A DNA stretch of 64,000 bases. Origin: Podarcis vaucheri (lineage: Eukaryota). The DNA lies in the NCBI GenBank assembly GCA_965113315.1, contig OZ220363.1; one strand, written 5' to 3'. A model generated the notes under the pieces. That model worked only from the letters and a program-made list of their open reading frames with translations. It was not told the origin of the DNA and searched no databases. Position numbers and translations under genes: made by a program. How positions within the stretch are numbered: the stretch's first letter is position 1; the number at the start of each line of letters is the position of its first letter. Below are positions 34,231 to 47,103 of this stretch, one piece after another.

Positions 34231-37200
34231 CTTCCTGTATCCTATTAAACTTTCCTGATTGAGTTCATTTGTACCCCATTCCCCCCCCCATTCTGAGGTT
34301 ACAAATGTGGGGAGTGGTGGTGGAGGGGATCTTGCATGTAAGCGCTCAATCTGGTTTCTCTCGACTCACCCGCCCCCCTCCAACTTAGCCTGAAAGGAGC
34401 AGTCTCTATCTTTATTTGCTCTGATGTAATGTGATGTCTGGGGCCAACTCTGGAGGAATAGAGGAAACGGTCTGGAAACAAAACAGGCTAATCCCTCCTC
34501 CCTCCACCCACCCCCATTGCCTATAATTGCCGTGAGGTGGGGTGAGGGTGGAGTGCGGGAATGCAGACTTGCTTTGGGGTCTCAGGGATTGTTTTGCCTT
34601 GACTTGGAAGCAAAGGGGTCTGGGGAGGACAAGGGCACACATACACTGGGGTCCCCTCCTCTTTTTGCCCGAGATTCTGATTAGAAAGCAACTCACATTT
34701 GACTGTCCTCCCAAGATTTGTGCAGCTGTGTACTGTGTGCGTCCTTCTCTGCTCTGTATGGGAACAAAATGCCCTGGGGGAAATGGGCATATCTGGGAGA
34801 CGAGAGGGCCTTTTCTAAGGGCTATCTTCCCAATGTTGCTATCCAGGGTGGAATATCTTTTCAGAGGTATTCAAGACAGTGTTGGTTTTGCACAGGGAAT
34901 GCAGAGGCATTTCTCCATTCCTGGCACAGGACACAGATGGCAGTCTTCCCAGTTAGTGCATCCATTCCCAGGAATCACATTTTGCACAAGGAATTGCATT
35001 CTCAGTAGCAAACCAGTTACTGCTTGCTCCCTGGGAGTTCCACCTATAAGGGAAATTGTGGCTGTCCAAATTGTGGATGTGCGGAGTGTGATGTCATAAT
35101 TGTGGCAGCAGCATAGGTACCTCTTCTGCCTTCCATACCATTTAAAACTGTTATAAATGAATGACCTTGTATTCCTTTCTTCTGTCCCTTCCCCCCTTTA
35201 TATTAATTCCACTCTGGCTCTTCAGCACTGAGGTGCATTTCCTTCCCCCAGTGAAATCCCCTTCCAAGTATTATCCAGCTATCCACACAACTTCCAGACT
35301 GGGATATAGTCTCACTAATATTGGATGATTTGCTGTTTTAATGCCCAAAATAATAAGCAATTAAAGGGGACAGGGGTGTTGTTTGGGAAGGGCCTTAATC
35401 TTACATTGCATTGTAGCATGTGTGTGTATGTGTGTGTGTGTTCACAATCAGGATTTCATTTGGGTTCGTATTTTTTTCCTGTGACTTCTCATTCTGTTAA
35501 CTCCCTCTGGCTTTGAACTCTCTGTGTAGCTATAAAACAGGGTTAAATCACCAAGCGGTGATTGAATCCGTAAATGTGGTTGCCAGGAACTTCGTCCGCA
35601 GCTGGACGCAGTGTGGATGTGTAGCCAATATATGCTCTCCCCCTCAACCCCCCAGCCCAGCTTTGGTTTCTCAAATATTTGTGTTGGAATCTTTCCTGCA
35701 GTTTAGGTTTCCAGTGAAGAGTCAGCCCTAAATCTCAGTTCTAGTCCTTTCCTTGTGTCTAAAGCCTTTGGCCTGTGTGCTCCAGCTAAACCTATTCTCA
35801 GTATCCCCTTTGAATGGCCCCTGGTTCCTAAAAGGAAGCTGCGGGATTCTGAGGGGAGAGCTTGGATACTGCAAACAGCATGGTGGGTCTCCACCCTTTT
35901 CTTGTCAGGGGAAAATAGCATGTCTCTGGGTAATCTCAGGATAACTGCTAGGTTCCCAGTCTTGTTGGGCCTCTAAGCTGTCTGATTGCAATCCTGTTGT
36001 TTATACTAAAGCAGTGCAAAGTCCATGGTTTTGGGCAGATCTTGGGAGTGGCTGACCTGGAATAAAATAGCAGAGCATCGGCAAGCTGGAGAGAGGCCCT
36101 GTGGGCACTTCTCTGCCCCACTGAGGGAAGAAGAAAAGGGGATTGGTCTTGTTCTTCTTGGGAAGGGTTCAGAGATGTGTTCTGGTAAGTGGTCCAACCC
36201 TTATCTGAATCTTTTTCTGTGTGTGTCTTTGCCAGGAGGATTCCACCAGACTAGGTATCCTATCTGCAGCACTAAACTCTCCAGTTATAGGATGAGTCTT
36301 TATCTAGGCTCACAGTACCCATGAAGATTTTCATTTAGCTAACAGTGCTTTATCCAGTAGTGGAGGAACTGGAACATGGTCCTTTAACCCATTTTGTTGG
36401 CAGAGAAACAGCAGCATAAAAGGCAAATACAATGATGGGGCTTAATGACGTCCACCTTTGCACATTTATTTGTCATGTAGCACATCTAGAGTGCAACTGG
36501 CTCCTTTTCCCACTCTAAGCTTCTCTTAAACTGAATAGCTCTCATCCTTTTCAAGGCTCATGCTATACCTCAGTAGTTTAACTAATTTTGTCTGAACATT
36601 ACCCTGGCCATCTTCCATTACAGTATATTATTATATAGAATGAATTCACTTAAGTCACAATCCTTCTTGGGAATTAGCGCACTCAGGTAAAGTGCTGGAT
36701 CAGGTCATTACTGCACAGCTCTATCTTTCTTGCATGATACTGAATTAGATTGCCTTTTGGTCCCTTTCAAAGTCAAGGTGGAAGAATCGCCCAGGTTTCT
36801 CAGGTAGACAGCATCCATTTTAGAATATCTACCCTCTCCCATCATCTGACTGAGAGCAGCTTCCATAGTCCTTATGGATGTAGGGACTGAGACTGTTTGG
36901 GAGTTGAGGGATCCCTTCGTCACACCCAGCATTTGTCATTATGTGGCCAAAAGGCAAAGTTCCAGATGTACCTCTTACTCCCATCCCACCCAGAAGGCTG
37001 TGTGCGTGTGAAATTTAGTGTTGGGATAGAGTACAGAGCATCTTTTTCCTCTGTCTTTTTCTTTCCCATGCCTTCTGTCTTAGCAGTGCTGTGTCTGTGT
37101 GAGTCTGTGTGGGGTGTGTGTCTGTGTGGGGTTTTCAGCCATTTCTGTTCTGAAGGAGAACACTGTCAGGCGAGTGGTCCGCTAAGGCCTTGTTTCCATT

Positions 37201-40200
37201 TGCTGAGGATTCTTTTCTTGACTTAGGGGGGCTCACGATGACGACGCCTGAAAACCTCTGCTTAACTCGCTTGACGACTCAATACAGGCCTTTCTCTCTT
37301 TATGTGTCTATATTTATTTATACATTTTTGCACGCACGCACAATTTCAATTCACATGTTTGTGACCGTATCTGTAGTTCTGAGACACATTAAGAAACAAC
37401 AGTAGATGAGGGTTTTCTTGAGGGGGGTTATTTTATTTTCTAAAAGCGGGGGTTGGGGCAGGGGGGGAATGCAGATGATGAAGTGTTCGTGACACCCTAA
37501 ATAATGTTTGCATCCCCAAGCAAAACATCCCCTTGTCTGAAGCAGCTGCGCTGTTTCCTCTCAAGAGCCATGCAGTGGCCTCATTGAGTGCCTGAGTGCC
37601 GCTCAACAAAGATGCTAATCTAATTAGGTCTTGAGTCACCATGGAAGAGGGGAGATTTAGTTTTACACTGACAACTTCATATTTGGGAAAAAGTCCAAGT
37701 TTAATCTCCCCTCCCCTATGTATCTCTGAATCCTTCCTTCGCCACCGGCTGCCCCCTTGCAACCCCATGAGGCTCATGTGACCTGGCTCATGAGTTGCTG
37801 CCTCCCCCCTTCCCCTGGCAGGGGGAGGGGAGGGAATTGGGGAAAGAGAGGGGGCTCTTTTCTGCCACAGCCCCTTTGGAGCCAACATGAACCCAGGAGG
37901 TTGAGGGTCAAGGTCTGGGAACTTCCTTGCCAGCCCAGCTTGTGCAAACAGCTGGGTATCGTTAAGGCATGAGGTGTGGAGCGATGAGGCGGGCAGGGGA
38001 GGGGGAGCAGACTGGCCTGATTGTCTTTAACTCAGCAACAGTGCCCTAATTTCTCCATGGGGACCATCAAATATAAAAGGCCCCAAAGCCATTTAGGGGG
38101 CTGGGGTGTGGGAAGCCTGTAGGCTGGACTCTCGTGGGACCTGTATCATAAAACATCCAGGTTTGTGGCATAAGAAAACAACACATAAACGGTGCCTCCT
38201 TCATCCTTTATGTATGGGGTCAGACTCCAGTCAGTTCGACTGTCTGCTGACTGATAATGCAGCAACATAATCTTATTCTAAATGTTTGGTGGAAAGGAAG
38301 GAAGGAAGGAAGGGAGCCCAGGTCTCCTCTTACCTTCCTTGTTTTCTTTTGTCATTCCCAGCAGTGCTTCCAGATCTAATCTTTTATCATTATCATTATC
38401 ATTATTTTTTTAAAAAGAAGAAGTTGTAAGAGCAGAAATTAAGTCTCCTCCCCACAACTTCTACATGGAGTTGCAATGACTTTGGATGAGGAACTGTCGT
38501 TGGGTATATTGAGAGGTTTTGGATTCTCGAAGTATAGGAATGCCGGAGAGTTCTGTTTGGTCCACATTTTTAAGCAAATTGGTCTAATCTTCACCATTTC
38601 AGGGCTAAGTTGAGGTATCTGCACTTGGTCTTCGGATTTTGCAGTGCAGTTCTCAGCTAAAAAACCCAAAAAGCACAAGACAATGCATATACAAATGTGT
38701 GCCTTGAAGAAAAATGCATACAAAAATGCATATTTTAAAAGGAAATGGGTGCAATTAAGATGAAGTTTTTTTGCCGTGTTTTTCAAAAGAGATGGAAAAC
38801 AGGAGTGAGCTATGATTGAAAGCATGCAAAACTGACACAGGCTGGTGATAGGCTGACCTGCCCATCTCTCAATGGGAGAGACGTTGCTTATGGCCACTTG
38901 TGGTTAGTTCTGAACAGAGGAAAGAAAGGCTGCACTATTTCTGTCTGCTGACTGGCTGCTCTCTGTCCAAATTTAGCAAATGGAATTGCTTCATTGTCCT
39001 GCTGCTGATGGCTAGACTAGGCAATCTGGAAGGGCTGCCTCTGGGAATCACTACTGCTATTCCTACCCTCCCACAGGCTCTGGAGAAGCAGCCCTTCTAA
39101 AATAAGGCATCCTTGAAAACAAGATGTCTATCACTTTTAGTTCTGGGCCAAGCTACGTATGACAGCAGCCATGAGATGGCTGCTGAAAGTCATGTTCTCC
39201 CCTATTTCCTCATAATGTGTGACTTCATATATGCCTTTGATGCAACACTGTTATGTTGAGCATGGTCTTCCACAGTAGCTGCTTCTAGTGGGATGTGAGA
39301 AAACATGACATGATGGTCCCTTCTTCTGAGAAGCTCAGTGCAGCTGACACTTTGCACATGGCCTGGAGTTAGATGCTTATTTTGGTTTGGTTCTGATTAA
39401 CGAGCCTGGGGTTATTGCAAGGAATCAGAGAAGGATACAGTAGTTCAAGCTAAGTCTTTTATCAGGGGAAGTCCTAGTGGTTCCAGCCAAATGCCCTCAC
39501 CCCAGTAGTTGCTGCATGGAAAAATTCCCCTTAATATCAGATGTGCACAGTGAGCTTTCCAGATAATGCAAGGGCATAATCTGAATTAAGTCCCCAGAAC
39601 CTTCCCCATAACTACTGCAAGTAGACACTCTCTTTCAGTTGTTACGTAACTCAAGGAAAGCAATATTAAGGCAGACTCCAGAAAACATCTTCTACAGGTA
39701 TCTGAATTAAGTCAAAAGTTACATTTCATATGAAATGTCTCCATCTTTCCTTATGAGGGGCAGCTCAGTCAGCTGGTTGTACTTTCTGATTGCCAAGAAA
39801 CACCACATGACCTCCCAGCCACTCTCTGGCAGAAAAAATTGCACTGTGATGCCTGCTTATGGCTCATTACCTGTGCCCTTTCTCATTCAATGTTCCTTCC
39901 ACCCAGTGCTTAATGAGATCACTCTATATATTAGAGCTTGTGCCCATTAGGAATCCCATTGGGTTTGGTGGAGAGGTAGGCAGGAGGACCAACAGTAGGT
40001 GGAGCCAGAGATAAGGACAAACAGAGATGACGAATTCTAGTTTAGTCTCCATCATCTGATGAGTTCTACAAGAGACTGAGGAGGAGGAAGCTGATTGTGC
40101 CACTTCCTGGACTGGTCATATGTAAGAAGGTAGGCTAGTGAGAGCTTGCTTGGACAGACTGAGATTAGTGGGGCAGTACTTGATTTGTCCTAATAGACCA

Positions 40201-41616
40201 GCCTTCAGTGGTCCCACTGGTGCCTACATGGTCCTTTTGTCCATTCTCTCTACCCTTCCCCTGCTTGCTGTGCAACATACCAGGAGTCTTGCAATGCTTC
40301 AGTAGGATGAGGTGAGGGGGCAGATGAAAAGGCCTGGAGCATTTCAGCAAAAGTTGTGGCTGCTTCCTCTGCTGCTTCCTTGTTGGTTTTAAACCTATGA
40401 CTCCAGTCTCCAAGTTTTAGCCTTCTAACCCTATGCAAGTCCCATGCTGAAGCTCTTTGTTCAGTTCTGGGTGTTTCTGAATAGTTTTTCTTAAAAAAAC
40501 AACACATTAAACATTAAAATAGCATCAGCAGAAGTGGTAATAGTAATACAGAGTAGTGGCAGCATCTGGTGGAAGTAGCAGTGTTGTGTGTGAGAGAGAG
40601 GGAGGGAGGGAGAGAGAGAGACACTTCTGAAAGGGGGAATGTATCTGCAGTCTGGTATCCAGACATAGAGTTTATCAGCCTGACAATACTTCATTCTTCA
40701 TGTGCAAATTAAATAAACAGCCATCCCTCCCCCACTCAACTCTCCCTTGAGGCTGAGAGTGAGAGTTGGTTGGGGAAGGAAGGAACGGAGGTCATCTGAG
40801 TAGAGGGAACTCATGATCAAGTAACTTTCTTTTAGCAGGGAGATTCGGACTAGGATTTAGTGCTAATAGTGGAAAGTGTTGGGTGCGCAACCTCCCCCAC
40901 CCCTTGAGGTTTTATTAAAGCTTGAACGATGCGGAGAAAATTGGTGTGTAGTTTGACTTTATCACTTAGCATAATCAAAGCACTACATGAAATGAACATA
41001 TTTAATGCAATTTAAGCCTCCTCCCTTTGTGTTCACATACTCAGGATGATCAAAAAGCAGTTTAAAAGGATGTATTTCTTCTGCGCTTCCAAAGAAGTGC
41101 CTCCAGAGTGAAGTGGTGATTCACTTCAAAATTATCGATTGTGGGAGAAGTCCAAGTTAAGAACTCTGAAATCACCGACATAAATTACCATGGCACAGGA
41201 GGATGCTACCATAAATATGCAATTTTGTAGGAGCCTACAAAAATTTGTAACTTGGCCTGTATGGAGAATGAGCTTGGGTGTGCGACAGTCAAAGCAGACC
41301 GGCATCAGAAGAACTTTTGATGTGCAGAGTTCTCTGGGTTGGTACACTGGGGAAAGGATTGCTTGAGGGGGTACTTGAAAGAGGAAGAGTGTTAATGGTT
41401 CCCTTCTGTTCCGGTAGTTCTGGGAGCTAAGAAAGTGTGGGATGATGAGGATTAGTGCAGTTCAATGAATGAAGGAGACAAGAAGTAAATGACTTGTGAG
41501 TGGTGGGATTTGGTGTGGCTGTGGTGTGGTGAGACCAACATACCCCTTCATCTTGAAATTATTCAGAGCCAGGACTGGTTCAGCTAGCTCCTTACTGCTT
41601 ACACTACAGGCAGCAG

Positions 41617-41733
41617 CATGGGCGTAGCCAGGATTTTTGTTAGGTGGGGCAGAACTGACATGATTGGTCAGTTAAGTATTTCTATTGTTTTACAATGATC
41701 TGGGGGGGGGGGTCCCCCTTGGCTACACCCATG
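41617..41733. mobile_element. hAT MITE inserted into an antisense SINE
   Basis: TIRs catgggcgtagcca / tggctacacccatg. TSD ggcagcag / ggcaacag. Confidence 0.82.
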
Positions 41734-42700
41734 GGCAACAGGTCTCTGGGATTTATTTTTTTTTTGGGGGGGGGTCCTGTCACAGCCCTGTCCAAAGATG
41801 CTGCAGATTGAATCTTGGCTCTTTCTGTTCAAAGCAGGATGCTCTGCCACTGAGCTATAGCCATTTGCAACACTTGGCTCCTAAAGGATCATGATACAGA
41901 TGCTGTGAAACTATATTTTGGTGTGCCTGTGAAAGTCCACATTAGGCAACACTACCAAGGGGGTTCTGCCTGGCTGAGACTGTGAGTCAGATCTTTCAGC
42001 ATCCGAGATGCATGTATTGAAGCCTTTTCTAACAAGACACAAAAAGTAAATTTTAATAACAATTCCTTTAGCATACACTTACCAAGATATACCCTTGGCT
42101 ACATTTGTTTTCCATTTGTGGTAGTTTGTCCACAGCATCGTTTGGAAACCTGTGGTTAGGAGGAAAGAAGGGACTTTGTGTTCTGTTGTGGAAGCAAGGG
42201 CTGGTCTCTTTGAGCCAACATGGTCTTTACACTCGGGCCCACCCAGCTCTACAAATAGTTTGCTTTTGTCTCTCAAGTATAAAAACAAAGTCTCATGCTT
42301 TGGCTGAATCAAAAGATGCTGAGAGGAGCCTCAGTCCACCAGTCATTGCAGGCAACTAGTCACACATAACAGGGGCCCCCTAGATGCAGATGGGCACTAC
42401 TAGTCACATTAAAAGTTGTGCCTAACCAGTTCAGTAGGGCAACTGGGATATGTATGCAGTAGTATTGCAGATGGGATTGTGCATCTAGATGTGTCTGCAG
42501 TGCACACGGAAGGCTGCACTGGAGTAAGGGATGATATCCAAATAGGAACAGCACTGATGGGATGTCTGTGTGCCCTTTTCCTCTTAATACACATAGTGGG
42601 ATTTCCCACCTTTACCCTGTGCCATTGTAACTAATGTTGAAATTTTGCACAGATGAATTTTTTATTTTTTTTTCAAAAATTCAGAACATTTCAAAATTTA

Positions 42701-42935
42701 CAGTGGTACCTCGGGTTAAGACCTTAATTCGTTCTGTAGTTCTGTTCTTAACCTGAAACTGTTCTTAACCTGAAGCACCACTTTAGCTAATGGGGCCTCC
42801 TGCTGCTGCCGCCACGCCACCGGAGCCTGATTTCTGTTCTCATCCTTCTTAACCCAAGGTAATATTTCTGGGTTAGCGGAGTCTGTAACCTGAAGCGTAT
42901 GTAACCTGAAGCATATGTAACCCGAGGTACCACTG
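42701..42935. mobile_element. Tc1/mariner MITE, family M, copy 3
   Basis: TA|cagtggtacctcgggtta...taacccgaggtaccactg|TA. Confidence 0.88.
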
Positions 42936-43037
42936 TATATGCATGTTGAATATCTACTCTTTCATTTTTTCTTCTTCTTAAAAATGTGACTCACACATAC
43001 TCCCCCCCAACCCCCCCCCAATGAAATACAGTGTGGT

Positions 43038-43289
43038 GAGAGCCAGTGTGGTGTAGTGGTTAAGAGTGGTAGAGTTGTAGTCTGGTGAACCGGGTTCGCG
43101 TCTCCACTCCTGCGCCTGCAGCTGCTGGGTGACCTTGGGCTAGTCACACTTCTTTGAAGTCTCTCAGCCCCACTCACCTCACAGAGTGTTTGTTGTAGGG
43201 GAGGAAGGGAAAGGAGAATGTTAGCCGCTTTGAGACTCCTTCGGGTAGTGATAAAGCGGGATATCAAATCCAAACTCTTCTTCTTCTTC
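43038..43289 (+). mobile_element. Squam3-like SINE
   Basis: gagagccagtgtggtgtagtggttaagag...gggttcg...(CTT)n tail. Confidence 0.85.
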
Positions 43290-43383
43290 CCCATTAGCTA
43301 AAGTGGTGCTTCAGGTTAAGAACAGTTTCAGGTTAAGAACGGTCCTCTGGAACGAATTAAGTACTTAACCCGAGGTACCACTG
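43290..43383. mobile_element. Tc1/mariner MITE, family M, copy 4 (one end only, opposite orientation to copies 3 and 5)
   Basis: cccattagctaaagtggtgc...taacccgaggtaccactg|TA. Confidence 0.85.
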
Positions 43384-43814
43384 TACTTGTACAGTTTGTC
43401 CCCAATCCTTAATTCAAGTAGCATCATGGTGAGAAAAGCTAGAAAAATATAAATGTGAATGTTGGCAAATTAATTTGAGCTTGGAGAAATTAACAGGAGA
43501 ATGTCCCCCTCTTCTTCCCCTTCCCCCTGCATTGCTTCACTTCTAACTATATCCAGGCATCTCACTAAAATGGCTCGCTGTCTGACAGATGCTTTTAGAG
43601 TAACCCAGAGCCCACTTGCTAGTAGGTAGAATGTTGCTGCAATCTAAGTGTCTGCAAGAAAAGCTAGCAAGGTTCTTCCTTCAGTGGCTGTCCCTAGGAT
43701 GTTTGAGGCAACATCTGACCCAGAACTTGCTTTGCTGGTGGATTAGCAACGGAGACTGTCACCCAGTGGTGCAGTGAAGAAATGAACCTTTAAAATAATA
43801 ATCCTTAGTCTGAG

Positions 43815-44130
43815 GCCCCATCTGCAGTATACATTTAAAGCAGTGTAATACTACTTTAACGGTCACTGCTTTTCCCAAAGAATCTTGGGAACTGTAGTTT
43901 GTTGAGGGTACTGAGAGTTGTAGGAAACCCCTGTTCCCCTAACAGAGGTACAGATACCTGAATGGTTTACCAATCAATCCCTGTTCCCAGGGAACTTTCG
44001 GGATGGTATCCCAGTGAAGGAAATAGGTGTCTTTTAACAACTCTCCATATCCTTAACAAACTACACTTCCCAGAATTATTTGTTAAAGTGGTATAATAGT
44101 GCTTTAAACATGTGGTGAAGATGTGGTCCA
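43815..44130. mobile_element. Harbinger-like MITE (actacagttccc family)
   Basis: Same internal layout as 15336-15681 (catttaaagcag...gggaactgtagtttgtt...aacaaactacacttcccag...gctttaaa). Confidence 0.65.
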
Positions 44131-44641
44131 AGAACCAAAGGCTGCCTCCAGGGGATCAGTATTTTGCAGCAGAAATTCAAGCACATGTGAGAAATTTAGG
44201 TTTGTGCAATGGTGCAGCAAACACACTTTTTTATGGATTTTGCAGTTTGGAAAGCGATGGGCAAATGCACTGGAAAGTGTGGGTTGAATAAACAACAAAT
44301 GGGGAGATGTGTAACCTTCACACAAGCAAAAAAAGAATGCTCAAGAAAGACAGGACAAAGTGGAAACAAATCAGGATGAATGCTCAATGAACAGCTTGCC
44401 TGGAGGATCCCAAAGTTGATGCAGGAGGGAGATCCGTGTTCATTTTTATGTACCTTCCTTATTCACATATGGGGGCAGATCTGGTTTTTCACAATAAAAT
44501 GTGACCCGTAATGGTGAAGGGAGCTGAACCTTCCCCTACTATACTTCTCCTCACTTTGTGGCTTTGAGTGTGCCCCTTTTCAAGTGCTGAAGCTGGACTG
44601 GGAGAAAAGTGCCTGAGAGCAGCAGAGTGGGGGGTGGTGGT

Positions 44642-44687
<46 letters not shown>

Positions 44688-45201
44688 GAGGGAGCAATCA
44701 GCTATCCACACTTGTGTGCCCCTTTTGATGTTAGCATTTGTCTCACCTGCATTTTATTTGTGAATGGGGGAGGCATGTGAAGAACCAGCCACCTCACCCC
44801 ATCTAGTTTGCCACCCCCCAACTTCTCTCCAGTCATAGGGAAGCAATTTTGCTGCACTTTAAGGATATGCATTATATATCGGCTGGTGCCTGCTGATGTT
44901 GGATCCAAGAAGTCCTTAAAAACTATCTCATTTATTTGTTTTTGAATGGTATTTATGAGTACCCTTTCAGCTGAAGTACCCAGAGCAGCGTACATCGAAC
45001 CATAAGAAGACATGATAATTAAAAGCCTTCAATAAAACCAAAGAGCAGCAAAACATTACATGGCATAATGTTTCAAAACCAGCTGGCACCTTGGAGCTGT
45101 TCCATATGTCGCATTTTGCACTCCCAGATATAAAACACAAATTCATAGTGTCATTTGTTTTTGTTTTTTAAATTGAGCTCAAGAGTGCAAAATGCATACT
45201 A

Positions 45202-45315
45202 CCGTATTGGCCCGAATATAAGCTGCACCCAGATATAAGCCGCTCCCTTAAAATTGGAGGGGGGGGCAGAATTCCAAAAGGCACTCACCCAATGAAGTGC
45301 AATGACACAAAGGGG

Positions 45316-45365
<50 letters not shown>

Positions 45366-46133
45366 CTTGCCCAGGGAGGGTTGGGGGTGGGAATCAAATG
45401 GGGATTAACAAGCACCCGTCCCATTTGAGGTAGAAAAATAATTTGGAGTAGAAATGATATACAGTTGAAAAAGAAAACTAAGGAACCAGAGGAAGGTGTG
45501 TGTGTGTGTGTGGGGGGAGTCACGGGATTTGGAGAATCCCATTTTATAGATTTGATACTGCTTTATGTATAGTTTTCTTTGTTTATGGATGTTATTGCAT
45601 TTGTTACTGTCTTTTTTATTTTTCTGTTGTTACTTTTGTTGAAAACTTAATAAAAAATACCATTAAACCAACCCCCCCCCCAAGCACCTGTCCCAAACAA
45701 GCACACTCTCACCACTGAAGCCCACGTGGTCATCCGCTGCTGAATACAGTAACTGGAAGACGCCTGCTGCCCAGTTGTAAAGGAACTGCCTCACAGCTGA
45801 TTGGAGATTGCAGTGCATAGGACACTGCTGCTGTGTAGGAAAAACTTTGCGTGGGCAGCAGCCACTGCTCAGCTTGGGGGAACACCACCTCACAGCTGAT
45901 AGGCTTCTGCGGCACATCTGGAGCCTGCGTGGTCCCGAGTGCTGCAGCCAAGCTCTGCCAATTCCAACACCGCCACTATCACAGACCAGCTGATTGGCTC
46001 CCTGCAACAGTGCACCACCTCACAGCCGATCAAAAAGCCAGTTTTTGTAAGGTTGCGAATATAAGCCGCACTTTAACTTTTCCGGGTCGGAATTTGGAAA
46101 AAAAAGGTGTGGCTTATATTCGGGCCAATACAG
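45202..46133. mobile_element. 932-bp non-autonomous Tc1/mariner (Tc2/pogo-like) element
   Basis: 22-bp TIRs ccgtattggcccgaatataagc / gcttatattcgggccaatacag (1 mismatch), TA on both sides, subterminal atataagccgc repeats. No transposase ORF. Confidence 0.85.
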
Positions 46134-46423
46134 TAGCTAGGGGATGAAAATGCTTATTGGGCCTCACACATAGGGTAAAAACTATCATTACATACTTGGG
46201 GTCCTTTGCTTCCTTCATGTGTGGACAGTGTGTTTCTTGGTGCAAATTGAGATGTGTGACATGCTGTTGGATCTCCCATGTCATTCAGTTTCTAGAACTG
46301 TAATTTCTGTGGATTTCTTGGCCGGCAGAAAGGAGTTTGTCCCTGGACATGCGGAGCATTCCTTTTATTATCAAGGAGCTTCCATATTGTCTTCATCACT
46401 CCCTTTCTGGGCTTAGGTAGCAT

Positions 46424-46866
46424 AGTAATAACAATAACAATAAATTTATTATTTCTACCCTGCCCATCTGGCTGGGTTTCCCAAGCCACTCTGGGAGGCT
46501 TCCAACAGAAGGTCAAAAATACATTAAAACATCAGTCATTAAAAAACTTCCCTAAACAGGGCTGCCTTCAGAGGTCTTCTAAATGTCGTATAATTGTTTA
46601 TTTCTTTGACATCTAGTGGGAGGGCATTCCACAGGGTGGGCGCCACTACCGAGAAGGCCCTCTGCCTGGTTCCCTGTAACCTCACTTATCGCAGTGAGGG
46701 AACTGCCAGAAGGCCCTCAGCGCTGGACCTCAGTGTCCGGATTGAACGATGGGGGTGGAGATGCTCCTTCAGGTATACAGGACCAAGGCCGTTTAGGGCT
46801 TTAAAAGTCAGCACCAACACTTTGAATTGTGCTTGGAAACATACTGGGAGCCAATGTAGATCTTTC
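46424..46866 (-). mobile_element. L2 LINE 3' fragment just upstream of TNS1 exon 2
   Basis: ORF KDLHWLPVCFQAQFKVLVLTFKALNGLGPVYLKEHL. Antisense tail taataacaataacaataaa. Same family as 31609-32770. Confidence 0.88.
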
Positions 46867-47103
46867 AATAGTGTCTTGGCAGAACCGCTTCACTTTCTCC
46901 GAAGAGGTTTTGTCACTGCTTGGGTAGTGTGCTGCAAGAGTAACAACATGCATTAGATGAGGTGGATGGGCTCGCCTTGGTGATAAAAGCAGGGACTCCA
47001 CAAACTCTGCTTAGTAATTTCTTAATCCATTCACTGGTTTCGAAATGGAGAACTCTTTTACTTCTTTTAACAGCGCTGTTGCTCTTTCCTTTCCTCCCTG
47101 CAG

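Larger units (their letters stand above)
20116..47103 (+). other. TNS1: TNS1 intron (~27 kb, GT...AG, phase 0)
   Basis: GTACGT donor at 20116 and CAG acceptor ending at 47103 join two exons in frame. Confidence 0.8.

Noticed and set aside
34542-35099. Longest ORFs (185 aa here; 179 aa at 11531-12070; 152 aa at 38439-38897)
   Set aside because: Non-ATG or arbitrary starts, no recognisable domains, overlap with repeats in two cases, and no splice context. Expected by chance.
36025-36190. Alternative first coding exon ending at strong donor CTG|GTAAGT (36185)
   Set aside because: The ORF would end in phase 1, incompatible with the phase-0 exon 2 acceptor. The peptide is unrecognised and there is no other support.
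40040-40080. CTGATGAG hammerhead-like core
   Set aside because: No downstream GAAA or closing stems. It lies in a degenerate repeat.
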